Source of the DNA: Octopus bimaculoides
Lineage: Eukaryota
Length of the DNA: 43,050 bases
Assembly (NCBI RefSeq): GCF_001194135.2
Contig: NC_068983.1
Coordinates: 8,909,820 to 8,952,869 of the forward strand
Reading direction: 5' to 3'
Part shown: piece by piece, positions 31,946 through 43,050 of the stretch
How positions within the stretch are numbered: the first letter of the stretch is position 1
Layout of the letters: the number at the start of each line of letters is the position of its first letter
Notes under the pieces: model-generated
Databases searched by the model: none
Told to the model about the DNA's origin: nothing
Seen by the model: the letters and a program-made list of their open reading frames with translations, nothing else
Made by a program: the position numbers and the translations under genes

Positions 31946-34060
31946 TTAAAATTTGAGACCGTGGACCTCAATTTGAATCAGATATTAGTCGTTTAATAAA
32001 CTTTAATAGTAAGCTTGACACTAAGTTATGTCTGGTAGTTGTTGAATGCATTATTCATTCCTCGATGTTCCCCATAGATCATCCATGCAATTTTAAAAGT
32101 ACCAAATCCATTTTAAATATTAGTTCCTATGATATCGTTAGATCTCAGTCGCATTTGTTTGTTCTCTTGTAGTAATTCCTTCACAGTGCAATAACCGACT
32201 CAAGTGCTAGTGATTCAATTTGTGCCAGGTGTTCTTTAGCAAACTGATCACAATCATTGATAACATCAACTTTACTGCTTTTCTTCCAACTCACTGTTAT
32301 AATCAGGTTTGCCAAAAGTAGTCTATAGTTGTATAAAGTGGTTTGTTTTTCCTTACACTTACTGTGACACGAAAAATTTACCAATACATTTTGGATGATG
32401 AAAATAGAGTTAAGTGGTAGGATAGTGATCTTTAAAAAAAACCGTTTTAGTGAATTAAAATTATCGCAGAAATCGAAAGAAAAACATTAGCGTTAATGAA
32501 ATATCTTGCCGAAGGCTACTATATTTGTTCGTGTGCTTGTTTGTTTATTTATTTGCTTATGCACATTTCTATTTATGTATTTGTTTATGCTTCTGTTTAC
32601 AATATACAGGTCATAAACAAGATTGATTATAAATTGAATAAGTGGCAATTATACAAGATTTATCTGACATGTAGACGAATTTGAATAATTTCAATTTGTT
32701 ATTTGATTGGATTCTATATTACTCATTTATTTATAGCATTCATTTGCTATAATTATTTATTTAAGCAGATATAAAGTGGATCATTACTGGTATCTGCCTC
32801 AATCATGATAAAATGGCTCAGGCTAATATTTATCTCATTTATATTTTAATCGATTGATACATTAAATGGCAAATATGAGGAAAAGGATCCCGAATAATCT
32901 AGTTTAACTGAAGTGCAAATTATGTGTTATTGGTGAATAAAACTAAACAGCTTGATGCTGTTTGCATTACGATTTTAGCCTCTAATGATATGCTTAATTG
33001 TATGTCATCGTAGTTTTATGAAATTTCTCTTACACATGTCCATCTTTGTTTTATAGACACCGCAATTATTTCCATAATTTAGCAATAAGATATCTGTAAA
33101 CTTCCAGTTGATCTGATCCATGGCAAACATTAGTATTGCATTAAAAGATTATAAAGCTTAGATGCAAATTGACTTATGTTCCTCGGAGTAATATAAATGC
33201 TTTTATTGCAGTGATTTGTATTAGCCTGTGATTACGTTGGCTTAAGGACGTGTTAGGTTTGTAATTCACTACAAATCTTTCTGTAATGAGTTTAGTCTAC
33301 AACTAGATGCATAGCTAATATCATATCAATGATGTATACGTGTATGTAATTGTCAATAGATCGATTTGAAATGCAGCCTTATACGAAAACTCACTGACAC
33401 AGTCAAATAAGAATTTTGAATAAATGATAATCATTGCCATTAACCTCATTGAACTTTAATTTATATTTCCAGTGTTGAAGATCGTCTAAATGATGCACGT
33501 TTGATCCTCTCGAGCAACCATATTTTGTCATTTATATCAAGGTAATTGTAAAACGTGCATAAATGTCAGTCTTCGTGTTTATGGATTAAATTATGCTGTT
33601 TGTTGTCGCTGTTGTCGTTATTATTGTTTACTTCCAAAGTCGACTGTGATTAAGCAAACGTTGATCAATGCGGAGACACCAGCCACTTTAGATGTCATGT
33701 AAGATTACACTATCTAATACGCCATTTTTTCTTAATTAAAGGGATAGAATGTGATTTGAGATTGGGCTGCAGAAGGTCACTCACATACATGAGAAATTAC
33801 GCCCTAAGATTGATTCCGGGAACTATCTAGTTATCCACATCAATCTTTAAATTCATATATCCAAGGCGCCACCTTAATTGATAAATCATATGAAATCGAA
33901 TGACTAAATTCCCTTCACATGATATATTGATATCACGTTTATTTCAAATTATGGAACTCGTATAAAATTATTTGCTGAAGTGTTCAATGGTTATTTAAAT
34001 TTGCGTCAACGTACCTAAAGCAATGAGTCTTAAATTGATAACCTTAAATTTCACCTATAG

Positions 34061-34172
34061 TGACGACGACGACAACAACAACAACAACAACAACAACAAC
34101 AGCAGCAGCAGCNNNNNNNNNNAACAGCAGCAACAACAACAACTGCAACTACTATTATTATTATTATTATTA
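34061..34172. repeat. Compound trinucleotide array (GAC)(AAC)(AGC)...(TAT)
   Basis: Direct reading; contains a 10-N gap. Confidence 0.95.
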
Positions 34173-34446
34173 TACACACACAATAAGAAGAGCGCGATAG
34201 AATTTGTAATAAATAGAGATTGACTTTGTTTATTGAATTGTACAATATTCCTAATTTCTGAATTTCTGTCTATTTTCCATGCTTTTCGTTTTTACCCAAG
34301 AAAGGCAGACATTCTGTCGAAATATTCTTCATTTGAATGAACATAGTCAATCAGTATTTATTAAAATCTCTATCGCGTTGTTCTTATTGCCTATTTACCT
34401 TCGTTTTATGGAAATGTGTTTAATCATTTTTCTTTCGTTATTATTC

Positions 34447-34477
<31 letters not shown>

Positions 34478-34624
34478 GGAAGACAATGCTGCGCACACGT
34501 TAGCAACACGCGGGTGTCGCAGGTGATGTAGTCCAAATTTGCCTGAAACTATCAATTGTTGGAAAATACTGCTCATAATAATAATAATAGTAATAGTAAT
34601 GATGATGATGATGATGATGACATA

Positions 34625-35325
34625 AAATATTGTGAACGAATCAAATTGTCAACTGACAAGGATTGACAAAGGTGAAGGATACAAGCATCAAAGCCGACGA
34701 GACGAAAGAAAATCTATGTTGGGAGTATTTGCGTAGAGTGAGAGAATTCTTGAAATCAAAAACTGAATTTTATTAATATTATCGAAATTGAATGTTATTA
34801 ATAATTTCAGAACTGAATGTTATTAATATTATCTGCGCTAATACCTCTAGGCCTGTAAGCATAATGAGGCATAGAGGTGGTATAGTCAAATGGACGAAGA
34901 ATGATCTGAAAATTGTTAACAAGGTTATTTCATCCCCAAGGAGATGTCGATTGGCCGTTTGTGAACAGGAGTAAAGGCGAATGATGTTTAATAAGTGCTG
35001 AAGATTGTGTAGACATGAAGATGGCAAATCTCAAAAAGTGCAACCACAAAAGCAATGGAAATTTAATTAAATCGGTAAAAATGTATCTCAAATATGCTTG
35101 ACGAAGGGAAGAATTAGAAAGGCGTTCCGCATCAAAAGGAAAGGGCCTTCCACAACAAACATATACAAAGCAAATCCTTTGCAGCTACAGACGAGTTTCG
35201 AGAAGAGAACAAATGGAATTGACTGAAGAGAAGTCGCCTGAATGATTATGACTGCTCAGAAACAAGCATTGCGGACAAAAAACATCAGTGTCCCTTTGAA
35301 AGCATGCTCTGCTCTCGAACTCAGT
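34625..35325 (+). mobile_element. R4/Dong-like non-LTR retrotransposon remnant (RT C-terminus and downstream region, internally deleted)
   Basis: Frame-hopping peptides IDKGEGYK, EYLRRVREFLKSK, RHRGGIVKWTKNDLK, MIMTAQKQALRTKNI and LKAC in the order expected for R4/Dong ORFs. Bounded by TAA/TGA repeats (34575-34620) and (TAA)n (35325-35349). Confidence 0.7.
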
Positions 35326-35555
35326 AATAATAATAATAATAATAATAAATTACTTATTTTCGTTACCAGTTGAATGTTTAGAATTCTCACCGTGAATAGT
35401 TCTGCTCTAACATGAGCTAAGTGTTAGAATTTTGATATTAGTTTAATACATGAAATAGTCATATAATAAGATTGCTAAATAAATGCATAAGTTTGTACGG
35501 TGGTTGACTTATAAAAAATTTATTTATTTACATGACAAATATGTTGGGTTCAACA

Positions 35556-35765
35556 TACGAGGGCAGCTGAAAAGTTCTTGGGTGTCGCAAAATTCCCGAT
35601 GGGAGACCTAACGTATCGCGTTCTTTTGCAGGGCTTAGAAAAAGTGAAGGGCCGCTGCATTTAGCGTACGAATCTGAGAAGGCTATATGTTGAATAAAAT
35701 CACAGTTAACTGATCCTCCTATACTTTTTTTACCCAAAGTCAGAAACTTTTCAGCACCCCACGGA
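35556..35765 (+). mobile_element. mariner-family internal-deletion derivative
   Basis: TIRs tacgagggcagctgaaaagttct / agaaacttttcagcacccc. The interior encodes a decayed transposase C-terminus, GLEKVKGRCI*RTNLRRLYVE*. Confidence 0.8.
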
Positions 35766-36631
35766 TGTATAAAGATGTAAATGTTAAACAGTTGGTAATA
35801 TTTAATACTTCTATGAATTGAACGTTTACTAATTGTGTGACTTAAGTTACATTTTAAGTAGAGATCAGTTTGAATGGAACTTCAAGTTTCGTCTATCGGC
35901 TTGCTTAATCAAACCGTTAATCTCATGCCAAATCCCAATAGTGTCTTTATAGAATTCGAACTGAGTTAGACAGTGTTATTAAAAGCGAGGTATAGAAGGG
36001 CATCAGTATCTCTTGTTGATATTAAGCAACGATTTGCGTTGAATTAATACTTGCATGAAATTTAATTCACATCAAATATTGAATACTAAACGTTTGTTTA
36101 TGCCACTGATCCAGCTAGTAAATGCAATTTGAAACACTACAAACTATCATATGATCTCCTTCCTAATGAGTAATAATCCTGTACCCATTTATTGTTCCTA
36201 TTGTAATTATATTGTTATAACTCATTGAATGGATGGCGTAACCAGTCACAAATAAAATATAAGTTGATGAGGAAATTGCTCTAAATTCTTTGAGGCAATT
36301 AGTAACAGCCCATTAGGATATAATTTCAAATATTACAGGTTTTAATTTTACTTCTCATCTCATCAAATTTGGTAAAAGGAATAACAGCAAAGTGATTATA
36401 TTAAAGTGGATACAACGATGTTAATATGAAGTGAAGATGCTAGAGGGGTTTATACAACCACTACACGTGTATTCTACAAATTGGTGTCTTTTCTTCTCAA
36501 TATCAGAAAATAATATTCTTTCAATAGCATCTGCACCATAATTAGAGATAATCTATTGGAAATCCAAATACAAAACGACAAACAGTATTACTGTATTATG
36601 CCAAAGAAATTCATAATTAATTTCTTATATA

Positions 36632-36791
36632 GGGGTAGGAGTGGCTGTGTGGTAAGTAGCTTGCTTACCAACCACATGTTTCCGAGTTCAGTCCAACTCC
36701 GTGGCACCTTGGACAAGTGTCTTCTACTATAGCCTCGGGCCGACCAAAGCCTTGAGTGGATTTGGTAGACGGAAACTGAAAGAAGCCCGTC

Positions 36792-36837
<46 letters not shown>

Positions 36838-37026
36838 TTGTGCCCCCAACAACGCTTGACAACCGATGCTGATGTGTTTACGTCCCCGTAACTTAGCGGT
36901 TCGGCAAAAGATACCGATAAAATAAGTACTGGGCTTACAAAGAATAAGTCCTGGGGTCGATTTGCTCGACTAAAGGCGGTGCTCCAGCATGGCCACAGCC
37001 AAATGACTGAAACAAGTAAAAGAGTT
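36632..37026 (+). mobile_element. SINE-A, full length, best-preserved copy
   Basis: ggagtggctgtgtggtaagtagcttgcttaccaaccac...gcatggccacagccaaatgactgaaacaagtaaaagag. Confidence 0.97.
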
Positions 37027-37067
37027 AAAAAAGTGTAATATTAACACACAGCAACGCAGCGAAGGAC

Positions 37068-37265
37068 CAAAATCGTTAATATACCGGACAAAATGATTAA
37101 CATTTTGGATGGCCTTTAGGTTCGGAGTTCAAATTCGGCGAGTGCATATTTTACTTGTATCATTTTGGGGCCGATAAAATAAATACCAGTCAAGCACTGG
37201 GTCGGTGTAATCGACTAGCTCTCATCCTCCAACCAAATCTCAGGTTTAGTGCATATAGTAGAAGG
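37068..37265 (+). mobile_element. SINE-B short form, diverged
   Basis: ggttcggagttcaaattcggcg...gataaaataaataccagtcaagcactgggtcggtgtaatcgact. Confidence 0.75.
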
Positions 37266-37276
37266 GAATATTGAGA

Positions 37277-37480
37277 CACGACGCAGTGGTAGAACCGTTA
37301 GCATTCCGGGCAAAATTCCTAGTGACAATTTGGCCCGTTCGAATTCTGCCGCGGTCAATTTTGTCTTTTATCATTTCGGAGTCGATGAAATAAGCACCAG
37401 TTCGGAAATCGGGTCGATGTAATCGACTAGCCGCCTCCCTCAAAATATCAGGACTTTCGCTATAGGAGTAAGGAATATAA
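37277..37480 (+). mobile_element. SINE-B short form, diverged, tandem to the previous copy
   Basis: tggtagaaccgttagcattccgggcaaaat...gaattctgccgcggtc...gggtcgatgtaatcgactagcc. Confidence 0.75.
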
Positions 37481-38396
37481 GATTCGGCAGCACATTTTAG
37501 GAAGAGGTGTAGTTGATTGCATTTCACACCCCCTGACTAGTAATTTACTGATCTGAGTATTTTGAGATGCAAGGTCTACTCCGGTAGGAACTGAACTCAA
37601 AATGTGAATGGACCTAATTAAATGCAGTATGGTATTTTGTCTGCTGTTGTATCGATTTGGCCAATTTTATCATCTCCGATATTGAAAAGAGCCAACCTTT
37701 ATAAAAACCTTAGTGTTATTTCCAAATGGGTGTGAACAGGTATAGCATGAATAGAAAACAAAAAAAATAGAAAAAAGATTGAACACATTTCCATTAAACA
37801 ATAGAAAAGTTTGCTCGGAAGAAATAGTTCCTATAGTGTTAATGTAAAGCACAGCCCGACGCGTGTAACATAGATACACCGTATTATGACAACTTTCTGT
37901 TCGTATCACGTGTTTTCTTTCATCTAGTCATAGTTAGTTATCATTTCTTCGGGCCAAACATCGTGGAAATACCAAAATTCGAGGTGTTTGATATATGAGA
38001 AAATACATATTTGTTCAAGTGACTAGTTATCGTAAGCGAACTTGTAAATGTCAGCCTGCTTTCGCGATTCTAACATTTTCTTACTTATGTCAGTGAGTGC
38101 TAAACGTGTTAAACGCATCTCCAGACGCTTTAACCGAATGCGTTAATTCTGGGTACCAAATTGGAAAATAAATGAATAACACTTTAAATCATCGACATTA
38201 TAAAGTTGTCAAATAAAAAGTTGATCAAACATACCAACATAGGAAACATTTAGTAGTGTGATAAAAAAAACTTGCGTTAGAGTTACATCGTAGGAAATAG
38301 TTTGTTAGCAGTTTCGCTCAAATGATTTAAAATTCAGACATGCTGTTGTCAGTCTTAAGTTAATGTTTTCTTGCTTAATACTATAGAATTGAATAA

Positions 38397-38590
38397 GGTC
38401 GTGAGCTAGCGGAATCGTCAGAACACCGGGCAAAATACTTGACGGCATTTCGTCCGCCCTTACGTTCTAGGCTCAAGTTATGCTGAGGTCAGTTTCGCTT
38501 CTTATCCTTTTGCAGTCAAATTAATTACTAGGTTCGATGCGATTGACTTATCCCCCCCCCCCAAACTGCTGGCCTTGTGGAAAAATTTGT
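38397..38590 (+). mobile_element. SINE-B short form
   Basis: ggtcgtgagctagcggaatcgtcagaacaccgggcaaaatacttgacggcatttcgtcc...ctgctggccttgtggaaaaatttg. Confidence 0.8.
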
Positions 38591-38727
38591 AATCGATATT
38601 ATAGAACATAAACGTACTTTTTGTGTAAGCGAAATTTCCGAGCGGCATAGAGAAGGCAATGATAGCAAATTACGTGAATAGTACAACCTGTTATTATATA
38701 CTTAGTTCCCTAAAGGAATTGCAGTTT

Positions 38728-38860
38728 CATCAGACATCTTCATGAAACATCTGACATTTTCATCAGTTATTTTCATGAAAAATTTCCATCAGACATTTTC
38801 GAAACCCGAAATGAAACCGTAAATGAAACCGAAAGTGAAATCGAAAGTGAAACTGAAAGT
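38728..38860. repeat. Minisatellite: degenerate catcagacatttt units followed by five 12-bp GAAACCGAAAGT-type units
   Basis: 38801-38860 reads gaaacccgaaat gaaaccgtaaat gaaaccgaaagt gaaatcgaaagt gaaactgaaagt. Confidence 0.85.
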
Positions 38861-39046
38861 TAAAAAAGGAAGACTGAATACAGACAACTTTTCATAGAAT
38901 ACACTTGAAGTGCGTCAGATGTTTTAAATAAGACTCTTCAGCATTTAAGATGCCAATTTGTAGTTACGCACAGAGAGAGACACACATACGTACACACAGC
39001 CACACATATGTATGTANNNNNNNNNNTATATATGCACCTGTATATT

Positions 39047-39260
39047 TTTTCCTACTCTACGCACGAGGACCGAAGCTTTTTGGGGGAGGAAGCCAATCGA
39101 TTAGACCGTCCCCAGTACGCAATTGGTACTTATTTTATCGACCCTCCGAAAGGATGAAAGGCAAAGACGACCTTAGCAGAATTTGAACTCAAACGTAAAG
39201 ACAGACGAAACACTTTATGCATTTTGCCCAGCGTGCTAACGTTTCTCCCAGCTCGTCCCC
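39047..39260 (-). mobile_element. SINE-B short form
   Basis: cagtacgcaattggtacttattttatcgaccctccgaaaggatgaaaggcaaag...cagcgtgctaacgtttctcccagctcg. Confidence 0.9.
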
Positions 39261-40471
39261 TTTCGCTGTCTGTATATTGAAGAAACAAAATACAACTGAG
39301 TGTGTAAAATGTAATTTACATTTATGTGCTGTAAATGTCTCGATTCTGAACTGTTACCAAATGCCACGAATTACTTTTTTTTTAACTCGTTGGAAGAGAA
39401 GAATATCTCAAATCCCTGTCAATATTCCCCCCAAAATGTATTCTTTTGTTCATGTTGAAATACATGCCGTATGTCCCTTTCTAGAGAGTTTAAATAGGTA
39501 GGGACTAACATAATTGATATGGTAAGTGATTATAACTGAAAGCAAATCTACTTGTAATAACAAAATATTTAGCAAATACAAATGAGAAAAAAACGTTTAT
39601 ATCGAAATTAAACAATGGAAAATCTATGATTCTATGAAAGGGGGTGATGAGTTTAAAGATCTTTCGACCTCGTGATACCTAGTCAGCGAGCAGTCTTAAT
39701 CGTAAATAGCATTTAATATATAGTATTGGATATAGAATTGATTAGATTTCAAATTAATTTGCCTTTAAAATTTTAGCGTCGAAATGGATGACTTCAATTT
39801 CCATCATATATTATTTATTTTTTCTTAATAATAGAGACATTTAAACAGTGAATCTAACGTCAACATCGGCTTCATTAATAATACCTTTGTTTTCGTTAAT
39901 CAGGAATGTGTTCAATATAGCAGAATATCCAAAAATAAACAAAGATAATCATACGTGTCGCCTTTTTTCTAACAATACCAACATACGGTTGTATTTACAT
40001 TAATTTCATTTGTAAGCAAAACATAATAGTGATGAGATTACAGCAGCAGATCTGAATTAGTAACATTCAATAGACAAAGGTAGGAACCATGCGTCTAGAA
40101 AGGTTGTCAAATTGCTATGAATAGAATGTTATAGAATGAGATAATGTCTATTCAAATTCGGTATTCTATAATTCTTTCTTCCAAATTGAATCAGATGCTC
40201 TGAAAATGTCAATCGAGACTGTGCAAATTCAATTGGATATCTATCATGCATTAATGTTTGAATATACATATACGAGACGTTCAGCTATCGAAGCCATCTG
40301 TGATTAAAGCTATGGAATAACTATGGAACCTTAGTAATATACACTGATTTCATATCAACAGAACACAGGCAGTTCGAAGACCGTTTCCTGGGCCGTTTTC
40401 TTCATTATTTTTGTATGGAGATCGACGTTTTGCCGACAGAATAACTATTAAGTATGTGTGTGTTTGTAACC

Positions 40472-40473
<2 letters not shown>

Positions 40474-40537
<64 letters not shown>
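40474..40537. repeat. (TA)n microsatellite
   Basis: Direct reading. Confidence 0.95.
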
Positions 40538-40540
<3 letters not shown>

Positions 40541-42169
40541 CATAGAAGCAGAGAGAGAAAGAGTTAGACAGAGGCGGAGACACAGAGAGAGATAAATTCA
40601 TAGATTTGGTGTAATATCAAGAAATATAGTGTGGTAATACCGGAAATGCCTCAGTATAGTTACAACGGATTAAAGAAATCTTCGGAGGTATCTTCATGTG
40701 TAGTTATTTCTTGCTCCTGTCAAGTCTCGTTAATACCTTATTGTAATTAGGTGCTTATGCAATTCCATTAGCAGTATTTCTATTTGAGGAAAACCATGAT
40801 ATTCTTCTATTAATACCGATTTCCAAGTTAATGATTATAGCCGGGGATCTGATTAGAATTTCTAAAAATTAAAGTGTGTATATTAGAGATAGTACTTTCT
40901 GGTCTAGGATCATGTCCAAAATATTGGCTGTAATTTGATATTGGCGCTCGAATTTAACAAATATTTTTGGAGACTCCTATTAAGTTTTTTATGAATTTTT
41001 TCCATAGTGTGGCCTCGTATAAGACTTGACATTTCTAGGCTTTCGTTTTGCAAAAATGGGATAGAGTTGGATATATTGTTCTTAAGAACCTGGAAGATAA
41101 ATGTTCGGACGCGACTCTGCGATTTTAGTCACGTCGTAACTCACTACAGAGACGTCGAATAACAGATCGCCTTTGAAATCCAGAGTCACTTCTGTAGAAA
41201 AGTGCTCTCATAGCTTTCATAAATATTCTAATTCAGAAGTACTTACACCTAGTATAATTCTATTCATATTCTTTCATTTCAGAATGAAGCATTTCTATAT
41301 AGGAAGGTAATCATTGAGGATTTTGAACTAGGCAAGGATGCAGTTCCATTGCATTAATCTAGTGACTTTAATGAACAACATTATAGAAAAGTTTTGTTTT
41401 TATCCTCATAGCATGTTTTGATAAAGTTACTATTTTTATTATATATCTTGTTTTTTTATAGACATAAATCTGTCCTCAAATATCTTACGCACCCTGTATA
41501 AATACATATATAATTTCGGAATGGAAACAGGTTGCTCTTTCACAGGGATGCCTTTCATCCAAGCGTACAGCACTTTAGTTCCATATGGATTAATTTTTCT
41601 AGAATTTATTCATTTGTTTTAGAATTAATATTCATTGATGGTTCTTCCTCGACATCAGTGCTAAACACTTGTGAAGTTTCAGTTGTCATTATAGATATTT
41701 TCATCTGTCCGATATCGGTGAACAGAATTATAATAGTTTAATATTAAAAAATGGGGAGTGTGAACACAGATAAAAATCAATTTATTTATATAATAGTCAA
41801 TTCCATGTTCCCTACGTACGTTTCGATTTCTTACCTCCATTCATAATTTATAAGTAACATTGCATTATGTATCTAAAAGGTAGAAATGTGTTCCGGACAA
41901 AAACTGACATATATTCATTTACATCTTAAAGGATGTAGGGTTACTTACAGACAGAAGGTAAGGAATTGAAACGGACATAGGCGACAATAAATTAACTATT
42001 ATATAGAGTTTTTCTGTGACCACACACTCAATTTTCTTACATATATATATATATTTGGTACTTGGAAACTTTTACGAAAATTAAAACGGGGATTAAATGA
42101 AAAAAATGATTTACGTGAATATTCTCAGAAGAGTAATTGAAATAAATGGCGATTGTGGAACCACCCATG

Positions 42170-42337
42170 CACGCACGAACGCGCGCGCGCACATACACAC
42201 GTGTGTCTGTAAATATGTTCGTATACATTTATGTATGTGTGTGTTTGTAAGAGACAGAGTGTGAGTGAGTCAAGGGGTGTGTGTGTGCATGTGTATGTGT
42301 GTGAGACAGAGTGAGAGAGCGGTGTGTATGTAGTATT

Positions 42338-42377
<40 letters not shown>

Positions 42378-42914
42378 CATACGAACACACAAAATAGAGA
42401 GTGAAGCTTTTTGCCGGTTACGTCAATACCGGAGCACGCGCGCGCGCATACACAAGTGTGTCTTTGTAAATATGTTTGTATACATTTATGTATGTGTGTN
42501 NNNNNNNNNNNNNNNNNNNNNNNNNNNNNNNNNNNNNNNNNNNNNNNNNNNNNNNNNNNNNNNNNNNNNNNNNNNNNNNNNNNNNNNNNNNNNNNNNNNN
42601 NNNNNNNNNNNNNNNNNNNNNNNNNNNNNNNNNNNNNNNNNNNNNNNNNNNNNNNNNNNNNNNNNNNNNNNNNNNNNNNNNNNNNNNNNNNNNNTGGATG
42701 TATGCATATGACAACACAGCCCTTGACTCACTCACACTCTGTCTCTTACAAACATGCACGCGTGCGCATACACACGTGTGTCTTTGTAAATATGTTTGTA
42801 TACATTTATGTATGTGTGTGTTTGTAAGAGACATAGTGTGGGTGAGTAAAGGCGAGTGTGTGTGTGTGTGTGTGTGTATGAGACAGAGTGAGAGAGCGGT
42901 GTGTATGTAGTATT

Positions 42915-42952
<38 letters not shown>

Positions 42953-43012
42953 CACACGAACTCACAAAATAGAGAGTGAAACTTTTTGCGGTTGTTACGT
43001 CAATACCGGAAG
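42170..43012. repeat. Tandem repeat of a ~260-bp unit (at least 3 copies, gap 42500-42694 inside)
   Basis: Recurrent gcatacacacgtgtgtct..taaatatgtt.gtatacatttatg, gagagcggtgtgtatgtagtatttact(ct)n and ttacgtcaataccgga. Confidence 0.9.
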
Positions 43013-43050
43013 TTGACATTGAGGAACCTTTTTAAAGAAGTGAATCTTAA

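Noticed and set aside
32181-32384. 67-aa minus-strand ORF containing a GTGAGT donor
   Set aside because: Short, no homology recognised, ambiguous frame.
34023-34245. Poly-D/N/S/Q/L peptides
   Set aside because: Translations of a compound trinucleotide microsatellite.
36665-36862. Recurrent peptides such as GFGRPEAIVEDTCPRCH (also 3215, 12918, 22094, 26033)
   Set aside because: Conceptual translations of SINE-A, not a gene family.
41532-41741. 69-aa ORF and the antisense short frame MKISIMTTETSQ...
   Set aside because: No distinguishing coding signal or family.

Overview
AT-rich, repeat-dominated eukaryotic DNA from a gapped draft assembly (large N runs at 2453-3178, 7986-8363, 11679-12385, 18545-19023 and 42500-42694, plus two 10-N gaps). 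The three tRNA-derived SINE families (called SINE-A, -B and -C here), the TA/GT/GATA microsatellite load and the RTE fragment are most consistent with an Octopus-like cephalopod genome (inference from recognition, no search run). There is no complete protein-coding gene, CRISPR array, rRNA or true tRNA. Almost all ORF-track entries are artefacts of gaps, microsatellites or SINEs. Real coding-derived sequence comprises an RTE-clade RT C-terminus (15.8-16.4 kb), an R4/Dong-like RT remnant (34.6-35.3 kb), a mariner deletion derivative (35.6-35.8 kb), two decayed L1/Tx1-type ORF1 copies (3.6-6.1 kb) and a few candidate host exons; the best of these (21112-21326, minus) resembles a Venus-flytrap/ANF-receptor domain. 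The strongest signal is a nested retroelement system. An L1/Tx1-like, apparently ORF1-only element sits twice, head-to-tail, in the tRNA-derived head of SINE-A, with the 15-bp SINE sequence AAGAAGCTTGCTTCC repeated at both junctions. A separate 5'-truncated copy of a related 3' end sits at the same site of another SINE-A at 21.9 kb. The same 3' tail is carried by a long form of SINE-B, which is twice found joined into short-form SINE-B heads. A second notable signal is an inverted pair of minimal hammerhead-ribozyme folds in a Penelope-like inverted repeat at 30.6-30.8 kb. All alignments were done by eye and coordinates of decayed repeats are approximate.
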